Shown in pieces: positions 55,984 to 64,000 of a DNA stretch of 64,000 nucleotides. Made by a program: the position numbers and the translations under genes. Position 1 is the first letter of the stretch. The number at the start of each line of letters is the position of its first letter. A model generated the notes under the pieces. It made no database searches, was not told the origin of the DNA, and saw only the letters and a program-made list of their open reading frames with translations. The stretch lies in IMG/VR virus record IMGVR_UViG_3300011113_000415, one strand, 5' to 3'. Source of the stretch: a virus (taxonomy: Duplodnaviria > Caudoviricetes).

Positions 55984-57015
55984 ATGAATGTCACAATACC
56001 CATAGAAGTCAGCGGAGATATATGGTACAACGAGCAGGCAGTACGACAACAGTTACAAGAGTTAGACGGTTCCACCACGATAACACTAGATCTACGCAGT
56101 GAAGGACCCAGCCTGCATCGCCTGGGTATAGTGGCTGTGATAGATGCTTGGCTAACCCAACACAGTTTGCCTGCGGACACTGTCACAGTCACACGGTGGA
56201 GTAATGCTGTAGAAACAGTTGATTATAAAAAATACCAGTGTAGTGTACCCAGCCACTTTTGGTACTTTGCCCAACAATATCAACGGCCACCGGCACACAA
56301 TTTTGATGGCCCAAGGTCTCAATTGTTTGGCATGTTCTTGGGGCGGGCCACAATACATCGCAATGTAATTCTATACGAAGTATCACAAAGATGGCTAGAT
56401 AGATTTTTAATCAGTCGATTGCCAGCATTCACGCCCGAAGGAACACCTGTGCCAGAACCCTGGCACATAAAAAACATCATGGAATGGCGTCTTCCAGAAA
56501 AACTAGAGGATTGGACATCGACTCCGCAATCTATTGTTGATTGGTTTGATTGTCAAACATTTGCCAGTTTGGATTCTAGAACAGTTAGAGATCAGTATGG
56601 GGACCCGTACAATCATTTTGTACACAACAGCAGTATATTAGAACACTATGATAAGTTTTCAATAGAACTTGTGTGCGAAAGTTACACGCTTGGCCAAACC
56701 TTTTTCCCCACCGAAAAAACTGCCAGACCCATAGCAGGAACTCGACCCTGGTTGATATATGCGGCATCGGGCTATATTCAAAATTTACGTCGCATGGGTT
56801 TTCGCAGTTTTGATTCATTATGGGATGAATCATACGATCAACTGGAAGGACCTGGTAGATGGCGGGCCATGAAAAAAGTAATACAAAATTTGATTGATTT
56901 AGATGCTAGTACATTATATGATGTATTGGTACAAGCACATAAAATTGCCATACATAATCACATGCATCTTGACAATATCAATCCTAACATGAAGATTCAA
57001 TTTCAATTTCAATGA
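55984..57015 (+). CDS. putative glycosyltransferase-like protein (TEKT family)
   Basis: VCES..FPTEKTARPI..GFRSF..WDESYD. Confidence 0.5.
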   Translation: MNVTIPIEVSGDIWYNEQAVRQQLQELDGSTTITLDLRSEGPSLHRLGIVAVIDAWLTQHSLPADTVTVTRWSNAVETVDYKKYQCSVPSHFWYFAQQYQRPPAHNFDGPRSQLFGMFLGRATIHRNVILYEVSQRWLDRFLISRLPAFTPEGTPVPEPWHIKNIMEWRLPEKLEDWTSTPQSIVDWFDCQTFASLDSRTVRDQYGDPYNHFVHNSSILEHYDKFSIELVCESYTLGQTFFPTEKTARPIAGTRPWLIYAASGYIQNLRRMGFRSFDSLWDESYDQLEGPGRWRAMKKVIQNLIDLDASTLYDVLVQAHKIAIHNHMHLDNINPNMKIQFQFQ

Positions 57016-58001
57016 TAACAAAAACATTTGATCAAGGTTGGGGCCAACAATGGCCACTCAAACAATTTGAACAAAGTGTGGTGCAAGATGCGATAAAATA
57101 TTTTGCGGCCAGCAACCAACGTGTGGTCATTATCAACAGCGTATGGTATTCACAGCAGGTGCATGAACAAGTCATGGCATGGTTACGCAACAACGATTGG
57201 GATCAAATTGTGCTGGTGGCCATGTTAGATGCTGCCATACCCCGTGCTGATCAATATGCAGAATTTGACCGTCCTATAACAGGTATAGGCTATTATCCAG
57301 GCGCAGGAAAGGTTGACTTTTGTGCCATGTTTGTTGATCATTTTTTCCAACCACCAGACCAGGACGTTTTACAAAATGCCAGCACTATCGACACTGCCTA
57401 CATGTGTTTGAATCGCAAACCTCATTGGCATAGAAAACAATTGTATGCAAGATTACAGGCGGCAAATCTACTAGACAAAGGTATTGTGAGCATGGGAGGT
57501 GATGGTAAAGCAGTAAAGGCATTGACACAAGACCGTGACCATGACAATTTGGCTCCCAATGCCACACGAGATCACTATGGCATTCCCAACGACATTGTGA
57601 GTCTGGGTCATCCGGGCAATTGGTCTAGACATTTGGTAAACATAGTTACTGAAACCTTTTATGATATCAATCACACAGGATTTGTGAGTGAAAAAATCTA
57701 CAAACCCATTGTGGGGTGCAGACCGTTTTTGGTCTATGATCCTGATGGCGGTACAAAGTGGTTGCAGGATCGAGGGTTTGAACCTTACACGCAAGACTTC
57801 AGCGACATTTCGGATCTAGATCTAGCCTTGCCGCATAACATACCACGATTTCTCAGTGTGCTGTGTGAACAAACTCCTGCTTATTGGCAGAAGAAATTTG
57901 TTGACTTGCAGGAAAAAATCCAGTACAATAAGGCTCATTTTGCTGATTACGTTGCTCAGCAGAACCACATAGTCAAACAAGGAATACCATGCCCAATTTA
58001 G
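57012..58001 (+). CDS. putative glycosyltransferase-like protein (TEKT family)
   Basis: [28 protein letters not shown]. Confidence 0.5.
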   Translation: MITKTFDQGWGQQWPLKQFEQSVVQDAIKYFAASNQRVVIINSVWYSQQVHEQVMAWLRNNDWDQIVLVAMLDAAIPRADQYAEFDRPITGIGYYPGAGKVDFCAMFVDHFFQPPDQDVLQNASTIDTAYMCLNRKPHWHRKQLYARLQAANLLDKGIVSMGGDGKAVKALTQDRDHDNLAPNATRDHYGIPNDIVSLGHPGNWSRHLVNIVTETFYDINHTGFVSEKIYKPIVGCRPFLVYDPDGGTKWLQDRGFEPYTQDFSDISDLDLALPHNIPRFLSVLCEQTPAYWQKKFVDLQEKIQYNKAHFADYVAQQNHIVKQGIPCPI

Positions 58002-58585
58002 TGCCAATCGTGCTTGAACAAACAGCCAAAGGCGAACGCAGTTACGACATCTACAGTCGCTTGTTAAAAGACCGTGTGATCATGCTGGACACAGAAGTGT
58101 CAGAACACACAGCCAGTCTGTTGGTGGCACAGATGCTGTTTTTGGAAAGTGAAAACCCAGACAAAGACATAGCCTTGTATATCAATTCGCCAGGCGGAAG
58201 TGTAACAGCAGGCATGGCCATCTATGACACTATGCAGTTTATCAAATGTGATGTGCAAACCATTGTGATGGGTCAGGCCTGCTCCATGGGATCATTGTTG
58301 GCACAAGCAGGTGTCGCAGGCAAGCGCATGATCTTGCCCCATGCTAGACACATGATTCACCAACCTTCGGGTGGTGCTTCAGGCCAGGCCACAGACATTC
58401 AAATTCAAGCCCGTGAGATTCAAAAAATGAAACAGTATCTAACTGAAATCTATGTGCAACACAATACGGCCGGTAAAGACTTTGAAGTTTTAAGTGCAGA
58501 CATGGAACGTGATTTTTTCATGAGTGCTCAAGAAGCCGTGGACTATGGACTGGCGGACAGGATTATTGCAAAACGTGACCTCTAA
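57989..58585 (+). CDS. clpP: ATP-dependent Clp protease proteolytic subunit
   Basis: [44 protein letters not shown]. Confidence 0.96.
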   Translation: MPNLVPIVLEQTAKGERSYDIYSRLLKDRVIMLDTEVSEHTASLLVAQMLFLESENPDKDIALYINSPGGSVTAGMAIYDTMQFIKCDVQTIVMGQACSMGSLLAQAGVAGKRMILPHARHMIHQPSGGASGQATDIQIQAREIQKMKQYLTEIYVQHNTAGKDFEVLSADMERDFFMSAQEAVDYGLADRIIAKRDL

Positions 58586-59846
58586 CTTACAAAAATATTT
58601 TTGCCCAAGTCCTTGGTTTCACATGCGTATCTTTAATGATGGTGGTATGAATTACTGTCGTTGGGCTGTTAAAGATCAAATACAAACAAACATGCGAGAT
58701 GTTGATCCCAAAATTTTTTTCCAGCAACACATGGAGCACATTAGAACCAGTATGTTACAAGGACATGCTGTTTTGGGTTGCAAAAAATGCTATCAAATGG
58801 ATCAACATCACAAGATCAGTGGCAGACAAAAACAGTTATTGAAAATTGGTGTGCGCACGGAGCATTTTGAAAAATCATTGGCCAGCAGTCCTTGGGTCAA
58901 TACATTTCGATCAGAAAAATTTACACAACTACCGCAAGACTGGCAAATTGATTTGGGAAACTTTTGCAATAGTGCTTGTGTATTTTGCAATCCAAGTGCC
59001 AGTTCGAGACTGGCAAGCGAATGGAAGCAAATTGGTTTCATTGATAAATTGCCCAATGCCAATTGGACTGACGATCCAGAACTGGTGGACAGATTTTTGG
59101 TTATGCTTGAGGCAAGTGCTAACATTCAGTATCTACATTTTATTGGTGGGGAAACACTGATTACTCCTGCTTTTCATACCATTTTAAAAGCATTGATAAA
59201 ATCGGGTCTGAATCGTACTGCTACAATTGGATTCACTACAAATTTAATATCTTGGAATCAACAGGTAGTTGATTTACTGAAACAATTTGCAGGTGTAAAT
59301 CTTGGTATGAGCATTGAAACATTTGATAATATTAATGATTATGTGCGTTGGCCAGCCACAATGTCAAAAATTTATGAAATTCTGGAAAAATGGCTATCAA
59401 TTGCCAAGTCCCACAATTGGCTCATGCAGTTTCGTACCACTCCCACTGTATTGACTATACATAATTTGTTGAGCGTCTACAAATATGCTTGGGACAGGTC
59501 AATTGCTATTGAAAGTTGCGATTTTCTAAATGAACCTGCATTCATGCGCCCATCAGTTTTGCCCATGCTGTATCGAGAACCAATCATTAAATCAATGACT
59601 GCATGGATTGATAAACACAACGCCAGTGATCCACTTATTGTTAATACTCGTAATCCTGGTGTAGCACAACAACAAATAGTGCAAGATTTGCAAAGTTATG
59701 TTAACTATTTACAAACCCAACCAGATGAAAGTTGTAGATTACCAGATCTTGTTTCGTATCTAAAACGACTTGAAAGCAATCGTGGCAATAGCATTTTAAG
59801 TTATCTACCGCAATATGAAGAACTTTTCAGAACTGCTGGCTACTGA
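58524..59846 (+). CDS. radical SAM protein with N-terminal SPASM/Twitch-like region
   Basis: [27 protein letters not shown]; true start is likely slightly downstream. Confidence 0.85.
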   Translation: MLKKPWTMDWRTGLLQNVTSNLQKYFCPSPWFHMRIFNDGGMNYCRWAVKDQIQTNMRDVDPKIFFQQHMEHIRTSMLQGHAVLGCKKCYQMDQHHKISGRQKQLLKIGVRTEHFEKSLASSPWVNTFRSEKFTQLPQDWQIDLGNFCNSACVFCNPSASSRLASEWKQIGFIDKLPNANWTDDPELVDRFLVMLEASANIQYLHFIGGETLITPAFHTILKALIKSGLNRTATIGFTTNLISWNQQVVDLLKQFAGVNLGMSIETFDNINDYVRWPATMSKIYEILEKWLSIAKSHNWLMQFRTTPTVLTIHNLLSVYKYAWDRSIAIESCDFLNEPAFMRPSVLPMLYREPIIKSMTAWIDKHNASDPLIVNTRNPGVAQQQIVQDLQSYVNYLQTQPDESCRLPDLVSYLKRLESNRGNSILSYLPQYEELFRTAGY

Positions 59847-60063
59847 CCTAAAATTAACCATTCAAGTAAATGGCTGTATCAGAGTGTGTGATTTGCATGA
59901 GCCTTTGTGCTTTAACCATGACGACCATGTGTTAATTGATGGCATTGAAGTTTTGCCAAGATACAGTCACCTAGTAATCAATGGTACTTTACGAATATCT
60001 GCGCCATTTTATCAATGGCTTCACCATGCGTCAGATCAAGGTTGGTTGCTGTTGCCACATTAG
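59815..60063 (+). CDS. hypothetical protein
   Basis: overlaps the radical SAM stop. Confidence 0.5.
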   Translation: MKNFSELLATDLKLTIQVNGCIRVCDLHEPLCFNHDDHVLIDGIEVLPRYSHLVINGTLRISAPFYQWLHHASDQGWLLLPH

Positions 60064-60155
60064 TACATGCCATAACCACGACGTTTGGTCATTTGATAAC
60101 GATACTCGCCTACTGCTTTGAAAAATTTCCAAATTGCGCCAAAAACTTTTTTCAT
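60060..60155 (-). CDS. small amphipathic peptide (31 aa, not in ORF track)
   Basis: MKKVFGAIWKFFKAVGEYRY...; ATGA-coupled to the upstream minus-strand ORF. Confidence 0.5.
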   Translation of the reverse strand: MKKVFGAIWKFFKAVGEYRYQMTKRRGYGMY

Positions 60156-60316
60156 AGATAAACCCCCTGCTTGTTTTTTTGATGATATTCACGTTCATAA
60201 TATTCCACGTCGGCGGCTGACTTGGGATATCGGCTGGAGATGTAGCGTTCTAAACGGGATTGATAATTCTGTCGGGGAAACATCTCAGCCAACCTTTTTA
60301 ATATTTCTGCTAACAT
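60152..60316 (-). CDS. small protein, DUF3563-like (54 aa, not in ORF track)
   Basis: AAGGAG RBS and TAAATA upstream; QSRLERYISS...ADVEYYER pattern; family call from recall. Confidence 0.55.
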   Translation of the reverse strand: MLAEILKRLAEMFPRQNYQSRLERYISSRYPKSAADVEYYEREYHQKNKQGVYL

Positions 60317-60375
60317 AATGGTTTCTCCTTCTCAGTATTTACCACGAGATATCAGTGATTGTACAAATTTTTTAC

Positions 60376-60399
60376 AAATTAGTACATGAGTACTAATTT
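60376..60399. repeat. palindromic motif, copy 3
   Basis: AAATTAGTAC-ATGA-GTACTAATTT. Confidence 0.8.
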
Positions 60400-60405
60400 T
60401 ATAGT

Positions 60406-60435
60406 TTGACCAAAAAATACTCAAAGTGTTATAAT
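60406..60435 (+). promoter_or_regulatory. sigma70-type early promoter
   Basis: TTGACC-N18-TATAAT. Confidence 0.75.
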
Positions 60436-60469
60436 GTAGATATCGATAGTACACCTAAGGTATTCAACA

Positions 60470-61684
60470 ATGAAAATTTGGTCTATATGTGTATGTTTAG
60501 CATTAGTGGCATGCGGAGGAGGTGGAGGAAGTGGCGGGTCAGGAACTCCTGCAAATTCAGCGTCCTTAGGAACCAGGGTGATTAATCAAACTTCTGGTGT
60601 GCATAAGAATACGGTTAAAAATTATGCGGTAGGCGATCTCAATAATGACGGACTGGATGATGTGGTTATAGGAGGATGGAGCGGCACCGGAACATCATAT
60701 TTGGCCTTACTAATACAAAATTCAGACGGAACACTTGTTGATAAAACAACAGAGTTATTAGCAAGCAACACATACCCGGGCAGTGGTCATATTTTTATTT
60801 GGGATTTTGATAACGATGGCCGTGCAGATATTTGGCTGCCAGGCGCTGATGATCATGTTGCTAGTTCTAATAGTGTAATGCTTTGGGGCAGTGGCACCGG
60901 AACCTTTAGTCCACAAATTTTTCCAGAATCAATGGCCAGTGCAGGCGCTTGTGTTTTTGATATCAACAACGACGGTCGTATGGATATGTTGGTGAGAGGT
61001 ACCTATGTGCAGGCAATCAATACTTATGGATATTATCTAAATAACGGAAACAGAACTTTTACATTTGTTGCTGACCAATACGTTAATGGTGCAAGTGCGT
61101 GTGCTGTAATCCGTGATTCTGCCACTGGCCATTTGGCTGTAATGCAAGGAGGCAATAACCAGGCCAGCACTTCAGATACAATTAGCATTGTAGATGCTAA
61201 TCTTAATTTAATTAAGTTAATAGCCATGCCCAAACAAGATTCTAATTTGGCAGGTATGATAGGAGCGACCACAGCGGATGTCAACAACGATGGACTGTTA
61301 GATTTTATCATTGTGTATGAGTCTTATGTGCCAGGATCTCCAGGTCGTAAAGAAGTTTGGTTAAATCAAGGCACAGATAACTTTGAATATGCTTATGCTG
61401 TAGATACCACATACAATAGTACAGGCGATATTGTAAACTTTCGGTATCAAGGTGTTCAATACTGTTTCTTTGATGGTCCCAATGGAGATGCAACATTATA
61501 TCAATTGGCCAATGCCTCGTTGAGTTTATATAAACATGAAGATTTTTTAAGTATGGGTCGATTGTTAGGTGGTAAACCGGACGTCAAAGATTGGAGTATA
61601 ATGAGTGCTACAGTATATCGTGGCAGTAAGGGAATTTACATGCTTCAAGATATCAATGGTACACTCTATACTCAGAAACTTTGA
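60470..61684 (+). CDS. FG-GAP/VCBS repeat lipoprotein
   Basis: lipobox LVAC, Gly/Ser linker, repeats GDLNNDGLDD, DFDNDGRAD, DINNDGRMD, DVNNDGLLD. Confidence 0.85.
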   Translation: MKIWSICVCLALVACGGGGGSGGSGTPANSASLGTRVINQTSGVHKNTVKNYAVGDLNNDGLDDVVIGGWSGTGTSYLALLIQNSDGTLVDKTTELLASNTYPGSGHIFIWDFDNDGRADIWLPGADDHVASSNSVMLWGSGTGTFSPQIFPESMASAGACVFDINNDGRMDMLVRGTYVQAINTYGYYLNNGNRTFTFVADQYVNGASACAVIRDSATGHLAVMQGGNNQASTSDTISIVDANLNLIKLIAMPKQDSNLAGMIGATTADVNNDGLLDFIIVYESYVPGSPGRKEVWLNQGTDNFEYAYAVDTTYNSTGDIVNFRYQGVQYCFFDGPNGDATLYQLANASLSLYKHEDFLSMGRLLGGKPDVKDWSIMSATVYRGSKGIYMLQDINGTLYTQKL

Positions 61685-61747
61685 TCAACTGCGTTGACAA
61701 ATCAATGAAACCTGTGCTAAATTGTTGTAAAATTTGAAAGGATTATC

Positions 61748-61972
61748 ATGAACAATTGGGACCGAGGAAATTTGGACTTTATTTTAAATTCCACCGAGGA
61801 AGACCTAGCAGACTTTTTGTCCTGGGCCACAGATGAAGACCTAGCGTATGCACTGGAACTGCTTCAAACAGCCCGTGCAGAACTCACAACCAAGGAACTT
61901 GAACTGCTAGACAGCGAAACAGTAGAAGATCTATCACAAGCAAGAGCCATACTAGAAAGATTTCGTCTATGA
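61748..61972 (+). CDS. small acidic hypothetical protein
   Basis: AAAGGA RBS. Confidence 0.6.
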   Translation: MNNWDRGNLDFILNSTEEDLADFLSWATDEDLAYALELLQTARAELTTKELELLDSETVEDLSQARAILERFRL

Positions 61973-63042
61973 AAATACGACTGATAGGCAAACGCAACAA
62001 TTTGGGTATTGGTACCCATTTTGCCGCTTTTGCAGACGCCCTCAAGCGAATCAGCCACTGGGGTGCCTGTGTTGAAGAGTTTGATTGCGAGGATCCTGCA
62101 AGACTTCAAGCAGAGGCTCAGGTCAGCAAGTCCGGTGACATCAACATCTGCTTTGTAAGCATACCCTTGCAGGATCATTTTCAGGGCACCAATATTCAAT
62201 GGGTGGTGTTTGAAAGTACTCTAGTGCCGCCCACAGTGATGAGCACCATGATAACCGCAGATCAAGTGTGGGTGCCCAGTTCATGGGGACGACACACATT
62301 GATCGCCAACGGACTGGACCCGGCACGTTGTGAGATCATACCAGAAGGTGTTGATGCTGATCAGTATCATCCTTATGCACCCAGAGTTGACAGTCCGGTC
62401 ATGACCTATCTAATTACTGGCAAGTACGAACTGCGGAAAAGTATCATTGAAACTGTGCTGGCCTGGAGCCAAGAGTTTGGTAATGATCCTGATGTGGAAC
62501 TGGTGATCAAGACCAATCACTTTTGGCACCAAGAAGCCAAGTACAACGAACTGGCCAACTACATTGGTCAACTGGGCTTGACCAATGTGCGAGTGATCTG
62601 GGGTAGCACTGCTCCTGAAGACATGGTCAATCTCTATCAGCAGAGTCATGTGTTTGTGTTGCCCACCAAAGGTGAAGGTTGGGGACTGCCACTTATCGAA
62701 GCCGCGGCTGTGGGTCTACCCATTATCACAACCTGGCACAGTGCTCACACAGAATTTTTACAACACATACAATCCAGTGTGGTGGTAGTGGAGCATGATA
62801 TGACTCCAGTCAACTGTCAAGAGTATCAGTTGTTTTATCCCACAACAGATGGCAATTGGGGTTCCTGGGCACAACCCAGAATTGACAGCATTAGGGCGGC
62901 CTTGAGATCCAGTCGTCAAAATTACACATACCTGCACCGAAGAGCCAAAGAAAATAGTGTGATCATACGCCGGACATTTTCCTGGGCCCAAAGTGCTGAT
63001 CGTGCCCTGCAAACCCTGCAAAAGCATGGGTTACTAAAGTAA
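61969..63042 (+). CDS. GT4-family glycosyltransferase
   Basis: VWVPSSW, IPEGVD, RKS, GEGWGLPLIEAAAVGLP. Confidence 0.85.
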   Translation: MKIRLIGKRNNLGIGTHFAAFADALKRISHWGACVEEFDCEDPARLQAEAQVSKSGDINICFVSIPLQDHFQGTNIQWVVFESTLVPPTVMSTMITADQVWVPSSWGRHTLIANGLDPARCEIIPEGVDADQYHPYAPRVDSPVMTYLITGKYELRKSIIETVLAWSQEFGNDPDVELVIKTNHFWHQEAKYNELANYIGQLGLTNVRVIWGSTAPEDMVNLYQQSHVFVLPTKGEGWGLPLIEAAAVGLPIITTWHSAHTEFLQHIQSSVVVVEHDMTPVNCQEYQLFYPTTDGNWGSWAQPRIDSIRAALRSSRQNYTYLHRRAKENSVIIRRTFSWAQSADRALQTLQKHGLLK

Positions 63043-63056
63043 TACTCTAGTACTAC
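63039..63056. repeat. 18-bp palindromic motif, copy 4
   Basis: GTAATAC-TCTA-GTACTAC; contains the upstream TAA stop. Confidence 0.8.
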
Positions 63057-63062
63057 TTTTTG

Positions 63063-63087
63063 ACCCTGAAAAGATCAGGGTTATTTT
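63063..63087 (+). terminator. terminator-like hairpin
   Basis: ACCCTGA-loop-TCAGGGT followed by TATTTT. Confidence 0.7.
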
Positions 63088-63089
63088 GG

Positions 63090-63118
63090 TTGACTCAAAA
63101 TCGTCCATTTGCTATAAT
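63090..63118 (+). promoter_or_regulatory. sigma70-type early promoter
   Basis: TTGACT-N17-TATAAT. Confidence 0.85.
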
Positions 63119-63148
63119 AATGACATGTTAAGCAAAAAGGAGTTCCAA

Positions 63149-63400
63149 ATGCGTCATGTATCAGGTTTTAGTAATAGCACAAAGATTCGCTATATCGTCA
63201 ACGGTTTTGGCATGTACGGCACCATCAACGACATCTATACAAAAACAGCCACGGTGAGTCATGGTGAGGCTCTACGCCTTGCAATCCAAAAATTGGCTTA
63301 CGATCGCCGTCACAGTAGTTTCAAGGACGAAGGTCGTCCAGTTGGTGTCAGCATCACTCACGAAGGCATTCAAGTGCAGATTGATTTGATGGCCAACTGA
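63149..63400 (+). CDS. hypothetical early protein
   Basis: AAGGAG RBS gives start 63149. Confidence 0.65.
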   Translation: MRHVSGFSNSTKIRYIVNGFGMYGTINDIYTKTATVSHGEALRLAIQKLAYDRRHSSFKDEGRPVGVSITHEGIQVQIDLMAN

Positions 63401-63402
63401 AA

Positions 63403-63420
63403 GTAATACTTGAGTATTAC
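63403..63420. repeat. 18-bp palindromic motif, copy 5
   Basis: GTAATAC-TTGA-GTATTAC. Confidence 0.85.
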
Positions 63421-63429
63421 ATTTTTTGG

Positions 63430-63458
63430 TTGACCCAAAATTACCCATTTGTTATAAT
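63430..63458 (+). promoter_or_regulatory. sigma70-type early promoter
   Basis: TTGACC-N17-TATAAT. Confidence 0.85.
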
Positions 63459-63488
63459 ATACACATAGACATACAAAAGGAGCCCACT

Positions 63489-63764
63489 ATGTTTTACATT
63501 ATTGCTCGAGGTACTGGACTTATTGTTAGCGACGGCCCCAATCGCAGTCGTGCCTACAAAACTTGGGGCGCCGCTAGAGCCACTCGCACTCGACTCTGCA
63601 ACAAGGCAGGTTATAGTGCCAGTGATCTCAGCATCATTGATACCAAATACCACAAACCAAAAATGGTTACACGTACCAATCTTATGACTGGGCAAGAATA
63701 TCAAGAGGACGTTAATACTCCTAGATCTTGTTCGCCAGCCTCAGAACTTTTTTGGAGCATGTGA
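63489..63764 (+). CDS. hypothetical early protein
   Basis: AAGGAG RBS gives start 63489. Confidence 0.65.
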   Translation: MFYIIARGTGLIVSDGPNRSRAYKTWGAARATRTRLCNKAGYSASDLSIIDTKYHKPKMVTRTNLMTGQEYQEDVNTPRSCSPASELFWSM

Positions 63765-63886
63765 TGAATCACACTGTTTGGATCTTGCGTTGGAGCCAGC
63801 CTTATACCAATTGGCAACCCTTTGAATTGCCCATTACAGATTTCACTCAAGCCCGTGAAGTACTTGCAAGGATCATGGCAAAATGA
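63764..63886 (+). CDS. small hypothetical protein (40 aa, not in ORF track)
   Basis: TGATG coupling. Confidence 0.45.
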   Translation: MNHTVWILRWSQPYTNWQPFELPITDFTQAREVLARIMAK

Positions 63887-64000
63887 AATGGTTTGCCGAA
63901 ACAACTGACTATCAAGACTCAGTGCCCAACGGTATCTACTTGTTGGATGACGCCAAGAGCCGAATGTATGCATTCACTCCTGGTGGTGCCAAACAAATCA
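63883..64000 (+). CDS. hypothetical phage protein (partial; runs off the window)
   Basis: ATGA overlap; open to the window end (MKWFAETTDY...). Confidence 0.55.
   Translation, partial: MKWFAETTDYQDSVPNGIYLLDDAKSRMYAFTPGGAKQI

Noticed and set aside
60376-60399. CIRCE (HrcA operator)
   Set aside because: The half-site resembles TTAGCAC, but CIRCE is a 9-bp repeat with a 9-nt spacer; this motif has a 4-nt spacer.
603-63973. Numerous short antisense or alternate-frame ORFs in the track (e.g. 2117-2452, 36497-37018, 10981-11383)
   Set aside because: They are shadows of well-supported genes, with no RBS, promoter or motif.
1-64000. Cellular chromosome rather than phage
   Set aside because: Host-like genes are isolated from their usual operons (iscU/iscA without iscS, pstS without pstCAB) and interleaved with phage primase, helicase, PAAR and TAAATA late promoters.
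1-64000. CRISPR array, tRNA or rRNA genes
   Set aside because: By eye I found no regularly spaced direct repeats, no cloverleaf with a GTTCRA T-arm and no rRNA-like sequence; tRNAscan was not run.
1-64000. Stop-codon reassignment
   Set aside because: Conserved genes are full length in code 11, and TAA, TAG and TGA all end genes at expected positions (for example dnaB and nrdA end in TAG).

Overview
This 64 kb window is a segment of a large lytic dsDNA phage (T4-like, 'huge phage' type), not a cellular chromosome. It carries phage-type primase, DnaB helicase, ATP-dependent DNA ligase, exonuclease, nrdA/nrdB/glutaredoxin, PAAR-like and other putative virion genes. Two promoter classes recur: host sigma70-type TTGAC-N17/18-TATAAT, and T4-late-type TAAATA. 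Host-like accessory genes are iscU, iscA, aceA, clpX, two clpP, clpS, hsp20, rpsU (bS21), yccA, uvsE, pstS, a UDP-glucose dehydrogenase, an amidinotransferase, five radical SAM enzymes and several glycosyltransferases. A proteobacterial, possibly betaproteobacterial, host is an inference only. The most notable finding is a phosphate-starvation module. pstS and a PlcP-like phospholipase C / Agt-like glycosyltransferase pair (phospholipid-to-glycolipid remodelling in bacteria) each sit behind a Pho-box-like tandem repeat exactly 11 nt upstream of a TAAATA element. Other unexplained structure includes an 18-bp palindrome (5 copies) at two fixed distances from early promoters, a structured leader shared by hsp20 and a phasin-like gene, two candidate structured ncRNAs, and many apparently leaderless genes. 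I found no tRNA, rRNA, CRISPR array, intron or intein. All family assignments come from motif recognition; no database searches were run.
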